A DNA stretch of 64,000 bases from Lophium mytilinum (Eukaryota), in NCBI GenBank assembly GCA_010093605.1, contig MU004185.1, positions 2,129,334 to 2,193,333 of the forward strand, read 5' to 3'. Every line of letters begins with the position of its first letter. The stretch's first letter is position 1. This document shows, one piece after another, positions 60,885 through 64,000 of the stretch. The notes below the pieces were generated by a model, which ran no database searches, was not told the origin of the DNA, and saw only the letters and a program-made list of their open reading frames with translations. Both the position numbers and the translations under genes were made by a program.

Positions 60885-63800
60885 TTACTCGAATGTCATC
60901 TTCATCTCCTTTTCCTTGCCGAAGTCTTCGTCGTCATCGTCAGCCCAGGCGTTGAAGTCCGGGGTTAAGTTGACATTTGGAGTCGTTGCGGTGGACCTAA
61001 GCGGTGGTCGTTGTTCTGGCGTCGAATTCCAGGACGATCGTGGCGGCTCTATAGAGGCTGGCTCAGGGGCTAGGGATGGAGATTTGGTGATTTGAGGAAT
61101 GGGAGCAGGTTTGAATGAAGTGTCGAAGGTCATCGAAACGTTGCCTTCGTCGTGACCGTAATCGTCGTACTCGTCGTATTCATCGTAGGGTTTGGCGAAC
61201 TGATTTGAGGATGAAGGCTCGCGGTGGTTGCTTGGAAGCGCGGGGGTACCATTGGTTCTCAAATCTTCTCGGCCGATGCTGTCATTGAAGCTCTTGGTTT
61301 CTCGGAGAGTTGAGTAAGGATTCGATGAGGATGAAGCATGTATGTCGAGCTTCATTGGCGGCAGCGTAGATTCGAGCTGTTTCACTTCAATTCCTTCGGC
61401 TGCAAGCGCTGCAGCTTCTGCCCTGATGGCGTCAATGTCGAATAAGACTCCGCCCGCCATTTCAGCTCCATCACCCTTCCCGGCTGCGTTTTTCATTCGA
61501 TCATCGTACGTTTCCCATTCTTTCTTCTCTGCCTTCTTCTTACTACTGAAGAATCCGAATCTTTTCTTCTCCGGCTTCTTCTCCAACTCTTTGCGAGCCT
61601 CCTCAATCTCATTGATAAGCTCTCGCTGTCTTTTCTCGTGGTTTTCCGGATCAGGATCCTCTATTTCAGAGAATTCGTCGCTCTCTACCAGCCAGCCAAC
61701 TTCTCTTAGAAGTTTGGGCATTGCTGCTCTGTATGCCATGTGCCCTTTGACTAGTTCGGTGACGTTGATGTTTTCTATGCCTGGAACATCCACCGCTGCT
61801 AGACCAGCAACGCGCGAGATGCCTCCGCCTGTCGCCCTAAATAAGTAGCCTATATTTGCCTTTAGCCGAGAGATCACTGAACACTCCGCCTGGGTGCATA
61901 CCTAGAATCCAATCGTTCGTGGCGTAGCCATTGACAAACCTACCCGGGACTACTGATTTGGCCCGGACGTAATCATCCCCCTTCGCTACTAGTGGAGTTC
62001 CGAAGGTATACACGTTCTGTACCAAACCATATGCACCTTTTCGTGCAAGCTCTCTCAGGCAAGCGATGATTACTCGAGAACCCAGAGAGAACCCAACTAG
62101 AGTGATTGGTCGTGATCCAAGATTGCGGTCGATCAACGAGTCCGCAAGAATAAGACCAGCAGCGTCTGCTCTTGCCTGCGACACCGTCCAAGGATTATCA
62201 ATGAGGTACGACAGCTTCGTCAGAACGATAGGAAGAGTTAGTGCGCCCATGAGAGTAGTGAGAATTGTGCTGCCTAGAACTTGCTGCAAGCCTTGGGTGA
62301 GAGCCTGGGAATATTAGAATGATTCAGTCCCACGGGCATCCCCAACATACCTCTGTTGCTAGAATATTGATGGTGTCACCCATACTTTGCAACATCTCTG
62401 GCTCCCAGAAAACAGAGTATATATCTCCCATGACAGGGTCCACGGTGCTGTAAGGCAATCGAACGTCATCGATCTTGCCATTCATCCACCCTGAGATAGT
62501 TACGATGAGATTGACCCTTTTATTGTTGTGCAATGGCCGATATTCAAAAGTCTTCACAGCGCCCGTTCGCCTGTTGGCCGCCCTCACTGCAACGGTGCCT
62601 CCGCTAAGAACACCCGTAGTCGTAACAATGGCCGCACCGCCCGCACCGGCAAGAAAACCACCAGTTCCGGCTACACCAATTGTTGTGAAACCAGCTGCAA
62701 GCCCTGCACCGATGACTGGGGCAAGAAGACCGGCCGATAATCCAATGACAAGACTACCCCCCACAGTGGCAAGGCCCATGAACACAAGGCGCCTGTTTCG
62801 TGCCATTTTCTTGCGGTTTGCCATGTGCTCGTCTTCATTCCAATTCTCCTTGTCCGCTGCCTCTTGCATTTCTAAGGCGTCTGTCACTCGCTTCTCAAAG
62901 CGGCAGATCTCTAGCCACGGGACGTCGAGATAACTTCCCACTTGCTCGAGAAGCTGCCTTGAGCGGGAATCGTAAATGGAATCGGCAATGAGGGTAAGAA
63001 AGAGATCACATAGTATCGTCCATCGGAGATCAATATCGATGTTTTTGGTATTAGGAAGCTGGGAAGGCATACGGACTTCGGGAAGTTCGTCCCCATCGTG
63101 TTGTTTGTATGGTGGCGGTGGAGAGTCATAGCGCTCGTACAAATTAACGCTCGATGCTGATCTGGTCTTCTCAAAAGCGGATTCTGGCCTGGGAGATGCT
63201 ATTGATTGCGGCCGGGGAGACGATATTGATCCCGGTCGGGGAGACGCAACTGATTCGGGACGGGGACACAATACTGACTCTGGTCGAGGAGATGCCACTG
63301 ACGCACGTCCGGAAGATGCTTCCTCGGCAACGGGATTTTTGACGCGTGAATTCTGCATGAGTGTCGGCGTGAGGTCGCTTGGCTCTACCCCATGCACCGA
63401 CAACTGCTCTATCATGACCTGCTCTGCGGCGTCTAGGTCCATATGACTATAAAGACGGACCATCATCTTTTGGCTCCACATTTTCATATGTTCAACCGCC
63501 AAATCCACCTCTTTCCTCGTGCCCTTTGTCCGTTCAAGGCCATCCAAATCCTTCGACATTTGAACCATGGCCAGCCTTGCGAGACCAACATAAGCGATGC
63601 GTTGTCCCTCTGTCAACAGCCCTTTAGTCGTCTGCATTTGTGCGAGTGGGTCCCGGGCCTCCTCATCGTCATCCTGAAGGTCTGTCCCCTTCTCCTTGAA
63701 TAGATAGGCAGTGTTATCGTCCATGCTTGTCGCAGACTGAGCATCTTCGTCAAGCTGTACCCTAGTATACCCCTTTGCAGCGCCTCCAAGGTTGCCATAA

Positions 63801-64000
63801 CCGTTGGTCTCTTCATCTGACTCGACAGCTTCCTTTGCAACCAGCTTGTTGTCATCGTTGTACATATCGAAGGGCGCATAGGCGGGCATTTCTTGCCAAT
63901 CGACATCGTCCTTTGTTTCGGTGGCCTCCTTATGCGTCTGTGGTGCAAGCTGCTGATGCGACCATTCTGACGCGGCAGCTGTAGGCTGGGTTTGCGAGTG
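60885..64000 (-). CDS. DUF726 / TMCO4 (Mil1-like) membrane protein with hydrolase-like domain; 5' end lies beyond the window
   Basis: IDIDLRWTILCDLFL, YDSRSR, GLATVGGSLVIGLSAGLLAPVIG, RPITLVGFSLGSRVI, GRFVNGYATNDWIL|GYLFRAT and VKGHMAYR. Confidence 0.88.

Noticed and set aside
1..64000. Transposons, Starship elements, CRISPR arrays, rRNA/tRNA, PKS/NRPS cluster
   Set aside because: No transposase, reverse transcriptase, recombinase, terminal repeats, spaced repeat arrays, RNA gene motifs or backbone synthase were seen.

Overview
Gene-dense genomic DNA from a filamentous ascomycete (Pezizomycotina), judged from short ~50-nt GT-AG introns with CTAAC/CTGAC branch sites and fungal-specific gene families. 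About 26 protein-coding genes are supported; I saw no tRNA, rRNA, CRISPR array or intact transposon. The most informative element is an hxn-type nicotinate (vitamin B3) catabolism cluster at ~9.1-25.6 kb. It comprises an hxnS-type xanthine dehydrogenase paralogue (FATALH signature) transcribed divergently from an Old Yellow Enzyme (hxnT-like), an adjacent C2H2/fungal-TF regulator (hxnR-like) and a 2OG-Fe(II) dioxygenase (hxnY-like). The dioxygenase is separated from the rest by an APH-like kinase, a small Cys/His protein and a probable gene relic. The hxnP/hxnZ transporters and hxnX/W/V/M genes are not visible. From ~27 to 44 kb lies an accessory-looking block with three F-box-like genes (one with ankyrins), a putative beta-trefoil GPI protein, a hydrolase, a reductase and two orphan secreted/Cys-rich proteins. 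Housekeeping genes flank it: ADK2 and MDM38/LETM1 on the left; PXMP4, ORT1, CGR1, an amidase, an ADH6-like gene and a DUF726 gene on the right. Exon structures were reconstructed by eye and family names come from motif recognition; no database searches were run.
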